From positions 10,220 to 74,219 of IMG/VR virus record IMGVR_UViG_3300023179_000082: a DNA stretch of 64,000 nucleotides. One strand, given 5' to 3'. How positions within the stretch are numbered: position 1 is the stretch's first letter; each line of letters starts with the position of its first letter. Positions 40,538 to 51,200 of this stretch are shown here, one piece after another. Position numbers and translations under genes: made by a program. A model generated the notes under the pieces. The model was not told the origin of the DNA and made no database searches. It saw only the letters and a program-made list of their open reading frames with translations. The DNA is from a virus.

Positions 40538-40568
40538 TCATTATTTTCTAATTTTTTTTAGAAATATT

Positions 40569-40593
40569 AAAGGGTACTTCGGTACCCTTTTTT
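40569..40593 (+). terminator. Rho-independent terminator after the major capsid gene
   Basis: AAAGGGTAC-TTCG-GTACCC-TTTTTT: cUUCGg tetraloop plus U tract. Confidence 0.9.
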
Positions 40594-40654
40594 ATTGACA
40601 TAATTTATAAAATAATATAAATACATGTTATATTCAAATGTTATTGGATCTAAT

Positions 40655-42187
40655 ATGAAAGATAAAATTTTAGAAATTATTGCAAACAATCCCAAGCATT
40701 ATGTAAAGATGATAAAGCGTAATGTAGAATTGAATAATTGGGTAATAGAACATTCTAAAGTGCACAGTGATAATGTAGCATTATGTATATATAGTGCAAT
40801 TAATAATGTGTCCAATGTATGTCAGTATGGAAAAGAAAAGAAGTTTGGTGGTTTATCAGTAGGATTGCGCAACTGTGGTACAGCAAAAAATTGTCAATGT
40901 ACACGTGAACAAGTTGCTGAATCAGTAAAACAAACTAAACAAAGTATAACTGATGAAAATAAACAACTTATTAATAAAAAGCGAGAAGCTACTAATTTGC
41001 AAAAATATGGTGTTGCAAATATTGGACAAACCAATTTTGCTAAATTAGCACATACTCAATTTTATTTAAATTCATGTTCTAAAAAACAAATTGAACAAAA
41101 AACAGCTAAACAAGTTGGATATGAAAAATTTTCACATTATGTAGAAGATCGATATAAATTTAAGTTATTAACAAATATTGATGATTATCATGGTATTAGA
41201 CAAAAAGATGCACATGAATATGTTTTTGAATGTATCAATTGTCATACACAAGTGAGCAAAAAGTTTTACCATCGTGTAGGAATAAATTGCGAAAAGTGTA
41301 ATCCATACAAAGCTAGTTATTTAAGTAATGAAGAACAGGAGGTATTTGATTACATCAAAAATGAATTAGGTATCGAAAATGGTGTACAAAGTGATAAAAA
41401 AATAATTGCCCCATATGAATTAGATATGGTTTTTCACGAACAAAAAATTGCCATTGAATATTGTGGACTATATTGGCACAGTGAACTAAGTTCATTAAAG
41501 CATAAAAATTATCATAGAGCAAAGATGAAATTAGTTAATAATGCAGGGTATCGTTTAATAACTATTTTTTCAGATGAATGGTTATCTAAAAAGGAAATTG
41601 TAAAAAGTAGGTTACGTCATATTTTTGGAATTAGTAGTGAACGAGAACAGGCAAGAAAATTAAAAGTAGTTGAAGTGAGTAATAAAGAAGCTAAAGAATT
41701 TTTAGAAAAATATCATATTCAAGGGTTTGCTATTGCTCCTATAAGGTTAGGATTAATTAACAAAGATAAAAAATTACTAGCATTGATGACATTTGCTGCG
41801 GGTAGGAAGTCATTAAATTCAAATGATCAATATGAATTGGTACGATTTGCGAGTTACGGTTCAGTTGTAGGTGGGGCAGGAAAGTTATTAAAACATTTTG
41901 TGGAAAAATACAAACCTACAAAATTAATAACATATGCTGATTTAAGGTGGAGTGATGGCAATTTATATGAACGTTTAGGTTTTAATAAGATTGGTGATGC
42001 AAAGGTGGGATATTGGTATGTTAAAAATTACATGAAACGGGAACATCGTTATAATTATACAAAGCATCGATTGGTTAAAATGGGTAATGATGCAAGTATA
42101 AGTGAGTGGTCTATTATGCAAAGTTTGGGGTATGATCGTATATGGGATTGTGGTCATCAAAAATATGAAATTGTATACTTTTCATAA
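40655..42187 (+). CDS. Free-standing homing-endonuclease-like protein: Zn ribbon + Vsr/Hef-like PD-(D/E)xK nuclease + C-terminal GNAT-like domain
   Basis: CINC/CEKC zinc ribbon; ELDMVFHEQKIAIEYCGLYWH nuclease motif; ELVRFAS..VVGGAGKLLKHF..ITYADLRWSDGNLYERLGF GNAT-like pattern. The start could be 40625 or 40655. Confidence 0.65.
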   Translation: MKDKILEIIANNPKHYVKMIKRNVELNNWVIEHSKVHSDNVALCIYSAINNVSNVCQYGKEKKFGGLSVGLRNCGTAKNCQCTREQVAESVKQTKQSITDENKQLINKKREATNLQKYGVANIGQTNFAKLAHTQFYLNSCSKKQIEQKTAKQVGYEKFSHYVEDRYKFKLLTNIDDYHGIRQKDAHEYVFECINCHTQVSKKFYHRVGINCEKCNPYKASYLSNEEQEVFDYIKNELGIENGVQSDKKIIAPYELDMVFHEQKIAIEYCGLYWHSELSSLKHKNYHRAKMKLVNNAGYRLITIFSDEWLSKKEIVKSRLRHIFGISSEREQARKLKVVEVSNKEAKEFLEKYHIQGFAIAPIRLGLINKDKKLLALMTFAAGRKSLNSNDQYELVRFASYGSVVGGAGKLLKHFVEKYKPTKLITYADLRWSDGNLYERLGFNKIGDAKVGYWYVKNYMKREHRYNYTKHRLVKMGNDASISEWSIMQSLGYDRIWDCGHQKYEIVYFS

Positions 42188-42317
42188 GTAATTATATTAT
42201 TATTGCATCCTTTTTGGTTGTAGTTCTTTAATATAAAAAATATATAACCAAATAAATAGTTAAAACTGTGCCACTTGGTTTAGTTTCTACTTTTTTAGAA
42301 AGAATAAATACTATACT

Positions 42318-45300
42318 ATGCAAATTACTAACGTAACCGCAGGATCTGGGATGGTTATAAATGGATCTCCTAACAATACTGCAGATTCAAATTTTAAAAA
42401 TACAACAATGTTATTATCAGGTATGCCTGAAACATACAATAATTGTTTACAAGATGAAAGTGGATATAATTTTAGTTTAATTTCAGTTGGTGACACTAAA
42501 GTTTCGAGCTTTACCCCGTTTTCATTAGTTAATAGTGTTTATTTTAATGGATCATCAACTCTTACGACAGGTACTAGTTTAACTATTGGAACTAATAATT
42601 TTACTTTTGAGTGTTGGGTTTATGTCGCAACAGGAGCTGCATTAGGTACCATTACTTTATTTTGTAATGATATTGCTACAACAGGTTTGAATATACAAAT
42701 GACTGCATCAACGGTTGGGTTATATACTACTGCCCCAAGTACTTTATTAGAAGCTACGGGACAAACTTTTATACCGAATCAATGGTATCATGTTGCGGTA
42801 TCTAGAGTTGGCACAGGAGCAGGTCAAACAGGAATTTATGTAAATGGTATAAGATTAACGACAGGAACAGTAGCAACTAGTTTTCCTGCAGCAAATTCTA
42901 GACTAGGTTCAAGAAATGGTAATGTAAATTATTTAACGGGATTTATTTACAATGCTCGTTTAGTTAATGGATCAGCAGTTTACGATCCTACAACTACTAC
43001 ACTTTTTAATCCCCCATTATCACCGTTAACAGCGGTAACAAATACAGCTTTACTAACTTGTATATACAACAGATTTAGGGATGGAAGTACAAATAATTCG
43101 ACATTTACTGTATCAGGAACTCCCAACGTACATCTTTTCAATCCTGCATCAATATCTAATAGACAATTTTTTGGACAAACTAGTGGATCAATTTTATTTG
43201 ACGGGACAGGAGACTACATAACGGGACCATCAGGAAGGCTTGCGTTTTCTTTTAGGTCAGCAGATTTTACAATTGAATGTTTTCTATATTTGACAGCATT
43301 AACAGCAGCTGGTGCTATTTGTGGAGTATGGACAGGCACTGCTTCAACTTCACAATGGCTTTTTACTCAAGGTAACACACTTGGTACTGCACTACGTTTT
43401 GGAATGTCTGATGGTACAACAACTACATTTGTCGAAAGCACTGCCGCTTTAGTTATAAATCAATGGATGCATGTTGCGGTGTCAAGACAAAGTGGTACTT
43501 TACGAATGTTTATAAATGGAACACAGGTGTACAGTGCTGCAGGTTCTACTACAATGCTTACTACATCAACAGTTCTGTCAATTTTTTCAGTTTCAGATGG
43601 AACAGTTACGAGTGCAGGGTACCTATCTAATTTACGTATACTAAATGGGACAGCTTTATACACAGGTAATTTTACAGTACCAACCACTCCGTTAACTTGG
43701 ACTCCTACAACTAGCTTATTAACTGCAAAATATTCTTTTGCTCCAAATTCTTATATGATGTACGATCAAAGTGTAAATCAATATAATTTTACAAGAGCGA
43801 ATGTAGTGATGACAAATACATTTACACCATTTGCAACGAATGGATGGAGTAATCGTTTTAATGGCTCATCTGCGTTAACTATAGCATCTAATACGCAACT
43901 TGCTCCTGGTACAGGAAATTTCACAATTGAAGGATGGGTTAGGTTTACAGCTTTTCCTGCAGCATCGGGAACAGCGGGTATATGCCAAAATGAATTAACT
44001 ATAACATCAGCAGCAACAAATGATAAATTTTGGTTTGGATTATATAATAATGCAGGTGCCTATAATTTAGTATTAGGGCGACATACCATTACTTGGAATA
44101 CTACATCATACGTTGCTTGGACACCATCTTTAGGCGTTTGGTATCATGTTGCTGCTGTGATAAATTCAGGTACAACTTTATTGTTTATTGATGGCATTAG
44201 CCAATCCGTAACAAATAATACGTATTTTAATGGAGTTTCATTATCACAAAATGGATTTGCTATTGGAGCTATTTCTAACGCACAATATTTAAATGGTAAT
44301 ATCAGTAATTTTAGATATGTTGTCGGGCAAGCAGTTTATACTTCAAATTTTACTCCTTCAACGGTTCCACTTACTACAACAACTGCAGGTGTTACTTCTA
44401 TTAATACTAGGTTGCTAACAGCTCAGTCATATGGTTTTCTAGATAACAGTGGCGCATGTACTTTTGTTGGAAGTATATCAGCTACTACTTTAACAGTTAC
44501 TTCAATTATTTCAGGACAATTAAAAATAGGATGTGTAATAAGTGGTTTGGGTGTTACTACAAATACAACAATTACTGCTTTGGGAACGGGAACAGGAGGA
44601 GTTGGAACTTATACTGTTGGAACATCACAAACAACAAATTCAGTATTCATGAAAACTAATGGTGCAGCGTTTACTTTTGTAGGAACCCCGATTGTTGATG
44701 CTTTAATGCCATTTACACCATCTACTGCTATTACACCAAATACTCCTGCATATAGTTTAACTTGGGCAGGTGGCAGCTATTATTTTGATGGAACAAACGC
44801 AGGACTTACTGCTTTTACTATAATAAATGGTAATTCAAATACTTTTTTTAATTTTTTACACAACACTTGGGCTAAATTCACCATCGAGGCGTGGATTTAT
44901 CCTACAGCTACAGGAACTTTTCGATATATATGTGGAACTGCAGCAGGAAATGGCACCTCTACGCATGTAGGTGTTGCATTTTACTTAAATACTTCCAATC
45001 AATTATGCCTAGACGTTGACAGGGGTGTCAGTGCAGCTTATGTTTTTCAAAGCAGTGCGGGTGGTACAGTGTTAGCAAATCAATGGACTCATGTTGCGGT
45101 AACATACGATCAATCTTTGACTACTAATAACGCACGATTTTATATTAATGGAATGAATACATTAAGTGGAACAAAAACTGCAAATGCTCCATCGACTTCA
45201 AATTCCACATATAATTTTAGAATAGGAGAAGATGGGGCAGGAGGGGGTGATTGGACAGGTTGGATTACAAACCTAAGAGTTGCTAATGAAGTGTTATACG

Positions 45301-46760
45301 ATAATGTTTTTATGCCACCAACTGCCCCACCTGGCTTGTCTCAATACACAGCATTATTGGCTTTGGGTACAGAGGGAAGTTTTACAGATATAACAGGAAG
45401 AAATAATTTTAGAGCCGTCAGTAATGCCCAAAATAATACTGCTAACCCAAAATGGCAAGGATTATCTTCTATTTTCGTTAATGCGATTAATCAAGAGCAA
45501 GAATATACAACTGCGGGTACGTATACATTTATTGCACCTGGAGGTTTTTCATCAGTAAGTGTAGTTGCTATTGGTGCGGGGGGAAGTTCAGCTATAGCCA
45601 CTGGTGGTGGTGGGGGTGGTGGTTTAGGATATGCAAATGTATCCGTAACAGGTGGTTCACCCTATACGGTAGTTGTTGGTGGGGCAGGTGGTAGAAACAC
45701 AGCTACCGCAGGGGGGCAATCATATTTTTCAGCCACCAATGTTGTTGCAGGTAATGGCGGTGGTGGTTCACCAACTAGAACAGGTGGGGGATTTGTAGGA
45801 AATGGTGGTGGAAGCGGTGGGACTGGATCAAGCGTCAGCGGAAATACAGGAGGTTCAGGTGCGGGTGCTGGGGGATACGCCGGTTCTGGTGGAAATGGAA
45901 ATGCAAGCGCACCTGCAGGTGGAGGTGGTGGTGGCGGTTTTAATGGAAGTAACGGATCAGGTTGGTCAGGTGGCAGTGGTGGTGGCGGGGTAGGAATTTA
46001 TGGTCAGGGGGCAAGCGGTGCGGTAGGTGCTTGGACTACTGCAACCCCCTTTGTTCAAAATACAGGTGGAGGTGGCGGTTCAGGTGGCACACCAGGTGGT
46101 GGTGCAGGATCAACCGCAAGTGCAATGCCTGGTGGTGATGGTGGTTTATATGGTGGTGGCGGCGGTTCGGGGATATTAAATCAGGGAGCTGAAACAGGTG
46201 GTGCTGGAGGTAGAGGCGCAGTAAGGATTGTTTGGGGAACAGGTAAAAATTACCCTTCGACAAACGTTACATCAAATATAATAAGTGGTTATTTGATTTC
46301 AAACAACACAAGTAATTCACTAGCTTTTGGGACGGGTAATTTTACACTTGAATTTTGGATCTACCCTACTATATCAGGATCTTACACACTTATTGATACA
46401 CGTGCAGCATCAACAGCAACACCTTACACAGTATCAATTGATAGTAGTAATTTTCCAAATATATATGATGGAACATCAACATTTACTAGTACAGTAGCAG
46501 TTACGGTAAACACTTGGAATTTTGTTGCATATTCAAGATCATCAGGAACTCTTAATATTTATGTAAACGGCACAAGAGGTTACAGTGCAGCTAATTCTAG
46601 TAATTTTACAGGAGCAGGAACCCTAAATTATATTACCAATAACGTTGGATTAACCTCTTATTTTAACGGATATATCCAAGATTTAAGAGCTACTGTAGGA
46701 GTTGGTCGCTATACAGCAACAACAATGGATGTACCAACTGCTCCATTAACAAGTTTTTAA
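42318..46760 (+). CDS. Tail fibre / receptor-binding protein with five LamG (concanavalin A-like) domains and an inserted Gly-rich module
   Basis: Five copies of the (G)xxFT(I/F/L)ExW/F motif, each followed by a WxHVA/WNFVA-type strand. Gly-rich block near the C-terminus. Confidence 0.8.
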   Translation: MQITNVTAGSGMVINGSPNNTADSNFKNTTMLLSGMPETYNNCLQDESGYNFSLISVGDTKVSSFTPFSLVNSVYFNGSSTLTTGTSLTIGTNNFTFECWVYVATGAALGTITLFCNDIATTGLNIQMTASTVGLYTTAPSTLLEATGQTFIPNQWYHVAVSRVGTGAGQTGIYVNGIRLTTGTVATSFPAANSRLGSRNGNVNYLTGFIYNARLVNGSAVYDPTTTTLFNPPLSPLTAVTNTALLTCIYNRFRDGSTNNSTFTVSGTPNVHLFNPASISNRQFFGQTSGSILFDGTGDYITGPSGRLAFSFRSADFTIECFLYLTALTAAGAICGVWTGTASTSQWLFTQGNTLGTALRFGMSDGTTTTFVESTAALVINQWMHVAVSRQSGTLRMFINGTQVYSAAGSTTMLTTSTVLSIFSVSDGTVTSAGYLSNLRILNGTALYTGNFTVPTTPLTWTPTTSLLTAKYSFAPNSYMMYDQSVNQYNFTRANVVMTNTFTPFATNGWSNRFNGSSALTIASNTQLAPGTGNFTIEGWVRFTAFPAASGTAGICQNELTITSAATNDKFWFGLYNNAGAYNLVLGRHTITWNTTSYVAWTPSLGVWYHVAAVINSGTTLLFIDGISQSVTNNTYFNGVSLSQNGFAIGAISNAQYLNGNISNFRYVVGQAVYTSNFTPSTVPLTTTTAGVTSINTRLLTAQSYGFLDNSGACTFVGSISATTLTVTSIISGQLKIGCVISGLGVTTNTTITALGTGTGGVGTYTVGTSQTTNSVFMKTNGAAFTFVGTPIVDALMPFTPSTAITPNTPAYSLTWAGGSYYFDGTNAGLTAFTIINGNSNTFFNFLHNTWAKFTIEAWIYPTATGTFRYICGTAAGNGTSTHVGVAFYLNTSNQLCLDVDRGVSAAYVFQSSAGGTVLANQWTHVAVTYDQSLTTNNARFYINGMNTLSGTKTANAPSTSNSTYNFRIGEDGAGGGDWTGWITNLRVANEVLYDNVFMPPTAPPGLSQYTALLALGTEGSFTDITGRNNFRAVSNAQNNTANPKWQGLSSIFVNAINQEQEYTTAGTYTFIAPGGFSSVSVVAIGAGGSSAIATGGGGGGGLGYANVSVTGGSPYTVVVGGAGGRNTATAGGQSYFSATNVVAGNGGGGSPTRTGGGFVGNGGGSGGTGSSVSGNTGGSGAGAGGYAGSGGNGNASAPAGGGGGGGFNGSNGSGWSGGSGGGGVGIYGQGASGAVGAWTTATPFVQNTGGGGGSGGTPGGGAGSTASAMPGGDGGLYGGGGGSGILNQGAETGGAGGRGAVRIVWGTGKNYPSTNVTSNIISGYLISNNTSNSLAFGTGNFTLEFWIYPTISGSYTLIDTRAASTATPYTVSIDSSNFPNIYDGTSTFTSTVAVTVNTWNFVAYSRSSGTLNIYVNGTRGYSAANSSNFTGAGTLNYITNNVGLTSYFNGYIQDLRATVGVGRYTATTMDVPTAPLTSF

Positions 46761-46896
46761 AATTAAGGGAAGAAATTGATACGGGTTGTTGTGATCGATA
46801 GGTGTTGACAACTAATGGTAATAGAAATTAAAGTTGTACACAACAAAAGAAGTAGTCTACTATAACGTATAATAGATAAAAGGTAAATACTAGAGC

Positions 46897-47598
46897 ATGA
46901 TTGAAATAATCTATACTCTAGTATCTACTCATATCACAATACTTTGTGTAACCTTATATCTTCATCGTAGTCAAGCACATCGTGGTATAACATTCCATCC
47001 TATTATATCGCATTTTATGCGATTTTGGTTATGGTTAACAACTAGTATGGTTACTAAAGAATGGGTTGCAGTCCATCGTAAACATCATCGTTATACTGAA
47101 AAAATAGGTGACCCACACTCACCACATGTTTTTGGCATACATAATGTTTTATTGCGTGGTGCATGGTTATACAATGTAGCAACAAAAGATAAAAATATGA
47201 TTAATCAATATGGTGTCGGTACACCAAGTGATTGGATTGAAAACAATTTATATAGTAAATACACTGTACATGGCATTTTATTTCTTCTTATTATTAATAC
47301 CCTTATGTTTAATGGTTGGGGCATTGTTATTTGGTTCATCCAAATGGCATGGATTCCTTTTTGGGCTGCTGGTGTTGTTAACGGTCTTGGGCACTACGTG
47401 GGTTATCGTAACAACCATACCAACGATCAATCCAAAAATTTATTCCCAATTGCTATAATTATTGGTGGCGAAGAACTACATAATAATCACCACGATAACC
47501 CATCAAGTATAAAACTCAGCCAAAAATGGTACGAGTTTGATTTAGGATATGCATGGATAAACTTACTCAAGTTTTTAAGGTTAGCAAAATGTAAATAA
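46897..47598 (+). CDS. Membrane fatty-acid desaturase (delta-9 / DesA-DesC type), auxiliary metabolic gene
   Basis: Three His boxes HRSQAH, HRKHH and HNNHH; GDPHSP; hydrophobic segments; WYEFDLG. Confidence 0.9.
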   Translation: MIEIIYTLVSTHITILCVTLYLHRSQAHRGITFHPIISHFMRFWLWLTTSMVTKEWVAVHRKHHRYTEKIGDPHSPHVFGIHNVLLRGAWLYNVATKDKNMINQYGVGTPSDWIENNLYSKYTVHGILFLLIINTLMFNGWGIVIWFIQMAWIPFWAAGVVNGLGHYVGYRNNHTNDQSKNLFPIAIIIGGEELHNNHHDNPSSIKLSQKWYEFDLGYAWINLLKFLRLAKCK

Positions 47599-47607
47599 GG
47601 AGATTAT

Positions 47608-47778
47608 ATGAGTTGGACTAATAAAAAACCACATTCCAAAACACCACCTTGGATCTATAGACAAACATCAAATCGTTATCACGAAGATCCAATCGGGCAA
47701 ATATCCCAAAATTATTCCAACGAATTAGAAAAAAGTAAAAAACAACTTGAAGAATATAAAAATGAACCAACCAAATAA
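47608..47778 (+). CDS. Small hypothetical protein (56 aa, below the ORF-track cutoff)
   Basis: SD AAGGAG then ATG: MSWTNKKPHSKTPPWIYRQ...EEYKNEPTK. GTAAATA lies upstream and a terminator follows. Confidence 0.55.
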   Translation: MSWTNKKPHSKTPPWIYRQTSNRYHEDPIGQISQNYSNELEKSKKQLEEYKNEPTK

Positions 47779-47809
47779 ATACAGTATCTCAATCGGGATG
47801 GGAGCAATT

Positions 47810-47835
47810 AGGGAACCATAATAGGTTCCTTTTTT
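47810..47835 (+). terminator. Rho-independent terminator between convergent genes
   Basis: AGGGAACC-ATAATA-GGTTCCTT followed by a T tract. Confidence 0.75.
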
Positions 47836-47837
47836 GT

Positions 47838-48182
47838 TTACATTGTAATTTGACTAATATCAACTGTTGCATCTACAGTTAACTGAAATTCGTCGTGAGT
47901 TTTTTGTTTTATGGTTTGAATTCTTAATCTATTGCAGTTAGCACAATAAGTTTTGTAACTATCGGATAACTTAACTAAATCTAATTGACAGGTGTGCTCA
48001 GCTTTAAATCCACATATTTCACATACAATATTTTTAATAATTTTTTTACGATATTTTTTACTATCACAACTACTACAGTATTTCCTCCATGTGGTAAATC
48101 CTAGGGCACTTGTCCTACACTTTCTAGCAGGTCTAATGTTGCAATATTGACATATAGGTCTTTTTTTATTTTTTTGCAGCAT
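47838..48182 (-). CDS. Zinc-binding protein resembling a degenerate HNH endonuclease
   Basis: Four CxxC pairs (CQYC, CSSC, CEIC, CANC). ATG 48182 is 5 nt after CATAAATA. Confidence 0.65.
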   Translation of the reverse strand: MLQKNKKRPICQYCNIRPARKCRTSALGFTTWRKYCSSCDSKKYRKKIIKNIVCEICGFKAEHTCQLDLVKLSDSYKTYCANCNRLRIQTIKQKTHDEFQLTVDATVDISQITM

Positions 48183-48264
48183 ATTGTTATTTATGTCTTC
48201 AGTACTACAAAATACGCAAATTAAAAAATAAATAGTTATATCTCTATTATTTTGGATAAGAACA

Positions 48265-51200
48265 ATGGCTCTAGAAATTATTAATATTGGTGTATTACCA
48301 AACGATGGCACAGGTGATCCTGTACGTGTTGCCTTTGAAAAAATTAATTACAATTTTAATCAAGTTCAAAGTGGTAACACATTTAGCTATGTAAGCGGTC
48401 CTGAAGATAGCGTACAATATAAGAAAACAAATGACTTACAAGCAGTTGCGGTAAAAGGTAATATTACGTTAGCTGTCGGATTTCCTGCACGTGCTTACAC
48501 AAGTATTGGTAACCTAGCAACAGCCAATTGGGTTGAACAATCATTACCAACTAACAATAATATAAATGATTTAATTGTTGCAGGAGCTAATTTTTGGGGA
48601 GTTGGGGCAAACGGAACGGTAGTTACTAGTGTTGATGGTGTAACATGGGCAAATGCTATTACCGCTAGTAATGTTAACTTAAATGCGGTAATTTTTGATA
48701 GTGCTAATACATTATTTGTTACAGTAGGTGATAATGGAAAATTATTAACAAGTGGTAATGGTGTAACATGGACAACACGAACTACAGGAACATCGGAAAA
48801 TTTGCATGGTATTGCATTGTCACCAAATGTTGGGTATGTTGCTGTTGGAGCAAATGGTACATTAATCTATAGTTCTAACGCTATAGCATGGACAAGTGGT
48901 AATAGCACAGTTTCAACTACACTGCGTGATATTGTATATAATGGTAATGTTTTTACTGCAGTAGGTGACAGTGGTACAGTAATTAGTAGTTTAAACTTAA
49001 CATCATGGGCAAATCGTACAAGTTCAGCTAATATCAGCGTAAATTTAAACAGTGTATCATATGCAAATATTGCTAATGTATTAACATTAGTAGCAGTTGG
49101 TGCAAACGGGCAAACTTATAAAAGTGTTGATGGTAATGCGGTAACATGGACAAGCATTGTAGATCCATTATCAAGCAATTTAAACAGTATTGTTCGTGGT
49201 GCTAACGCATTTGTTGCAGTTGGTAATACAAGCGCAGTTATTAATTTAGCTGATAGTGCAAATACATGGAGTAATGTTAGTTTACCAACAAGAATGGAAG
49301 GTAATATAAACTTTTTATATGACCAACCTAATGCAAACTTGTTACTTAATGCTAATATTATACCACAAGCAAATGGTAATATTAGATTAGGTACAGCAAA
49401 TAACAGAATAAACACTGCATTTTTTACTACATCAAATTCAAATACTGCTATTGCATCGAACTTATCTGTAACTAATAGTGCTATTGTAGCTAATTTAACT
49501 GCCACTCAAGCAACAATTACAACCTTTAATGTAACAGGTTTATCGAATTTAGGAAACATTTCCAACGTTACTATTTTGGGTGGAAATAATGGTTATTTTC
49601 TACAAACTGATGGTTCAGGTAATTTAACTTGGGCACCTGCAGGTAATGGAGGTGGTGGTAATGGCAGTCCAGGTGGCGCAAACACTCAAGTACAATATAA
49701 TAACGCAGGTGATTTTGGCGGTGATGCGGGATTTACCTATAATGATGTAACAAATACTTTAACTGTCAACACGATTAGTTCATATAATCAGACAGTTAGT
49801 AATAATATATCAACTAATACTGCAACAGTTGTAGGAAATTTAACATCAGGTAATGCAAGCTTAGGGAATTTAGCCACTGCAAACTATATTAATGTAAATT
49901 GGGATGTATCTGCTAATGTAATATATGGTAATTATTTGTATGGAGATGGTTCAAACTTAACAAACTTACCATATTCATCAAATGCAAATTATGCCGCTTA
50001 TGCAGGTGAAGCATTTTTAGTAAGTGGTTCAAATGTTGTTGGTGATGTTGCTAATGCAAATTATGCGAATTTTTCAGGTAACGCATATTCAGTTGACGGA
50101 GCTAATGTTGTTGGTGAAGTTGCTAATGCAAATTATGCTTCATTTGCTAACGTAGCAAACAGTGTAAGTAGTCCTGTTGCTAATGCAAATTATGCGAATT
50201 TTGCAGGAAATGCTTTTTCGGTAGATGGTGCTAATGTTGTTGGTGAAGTTGCTAATGCAAATTATGCAATGCATGTTGATGTTGAACCTGTATTAGATAA
50301 TTTCAGTTATCATGTTGTATTGGTAGCAAATCCTGGCGACAATCATCTTAAGGTCGATGGCGATGATCAACTACAATATAACCCACAATTTGGTATTTTA
50401 ACATCAAATCGTGTTGATGCAAATTTATTTGTAGGTAATGGACATTTTCTCACTGATTTAACAGGTGCTAATGTAACAGGAGAAGTACCATATGCTAACA
50501 TTGCAAACTCTGTTGCTGGTGCAAATGTTACAGGAACCGTAGCAAATGCTAATTATGCAGCATTTGCAGGTAATGCAAATTTTGCATCCAATGTAGCATA
50601 TGCGAATGCTTCTAACACAGCGAATTCCGCTAATACATCTAATGTTGCTATCACGGTAAGTGGTAATGCTCAACCAAATATAACAAGTGTTGGAAACCTG
50701 ACAACATTAAATGTTACAGGAGCATTATTTGCAGCAACGGGTAATTTTTCAGGTAATGGGTCATTTGGTAACTTACAAGTAGTCAATCAAATACGTGTTG
50801 GTTCAAATATAATAGCTAATGTTGGTTCTAATCTTATTGCCTATGGCAATGTTGATTTTTATAATGCAACTGATGTAAACCTTGGTGAAATTACAGAATT
50901 ACATATATCAGGTGGATCGAATGGTTATTTCTTACGTACAGATGGTGCAGGTAACCTAAGTTGGGCAGCAGTTTCTAATGGTGGAAATGCTGTCACCCCA
51001 CCAGGCGGTTCAAACACTCAACTACAATATAATAATGATGGGAATTTTGCAGGAAGTGCAGCATTAGTATTTGACAATACAAGCAATGTATTAACTGTAA
51101 GTGGTCCGCTAGTTGCAACCCAACTTTCTGTTTCAGGTAATATTGGTGGCGCAAATGCTAATTTAGGCAACTTAGTTATTGCAAACTTTTTCCAAGGATC

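Noticed and set aside
48183-48311. Track start at 48311 for the zinc protein
   Set aside because: It overlaps the divergent gene 48265 and both promoters. ATG 48182 fits better.
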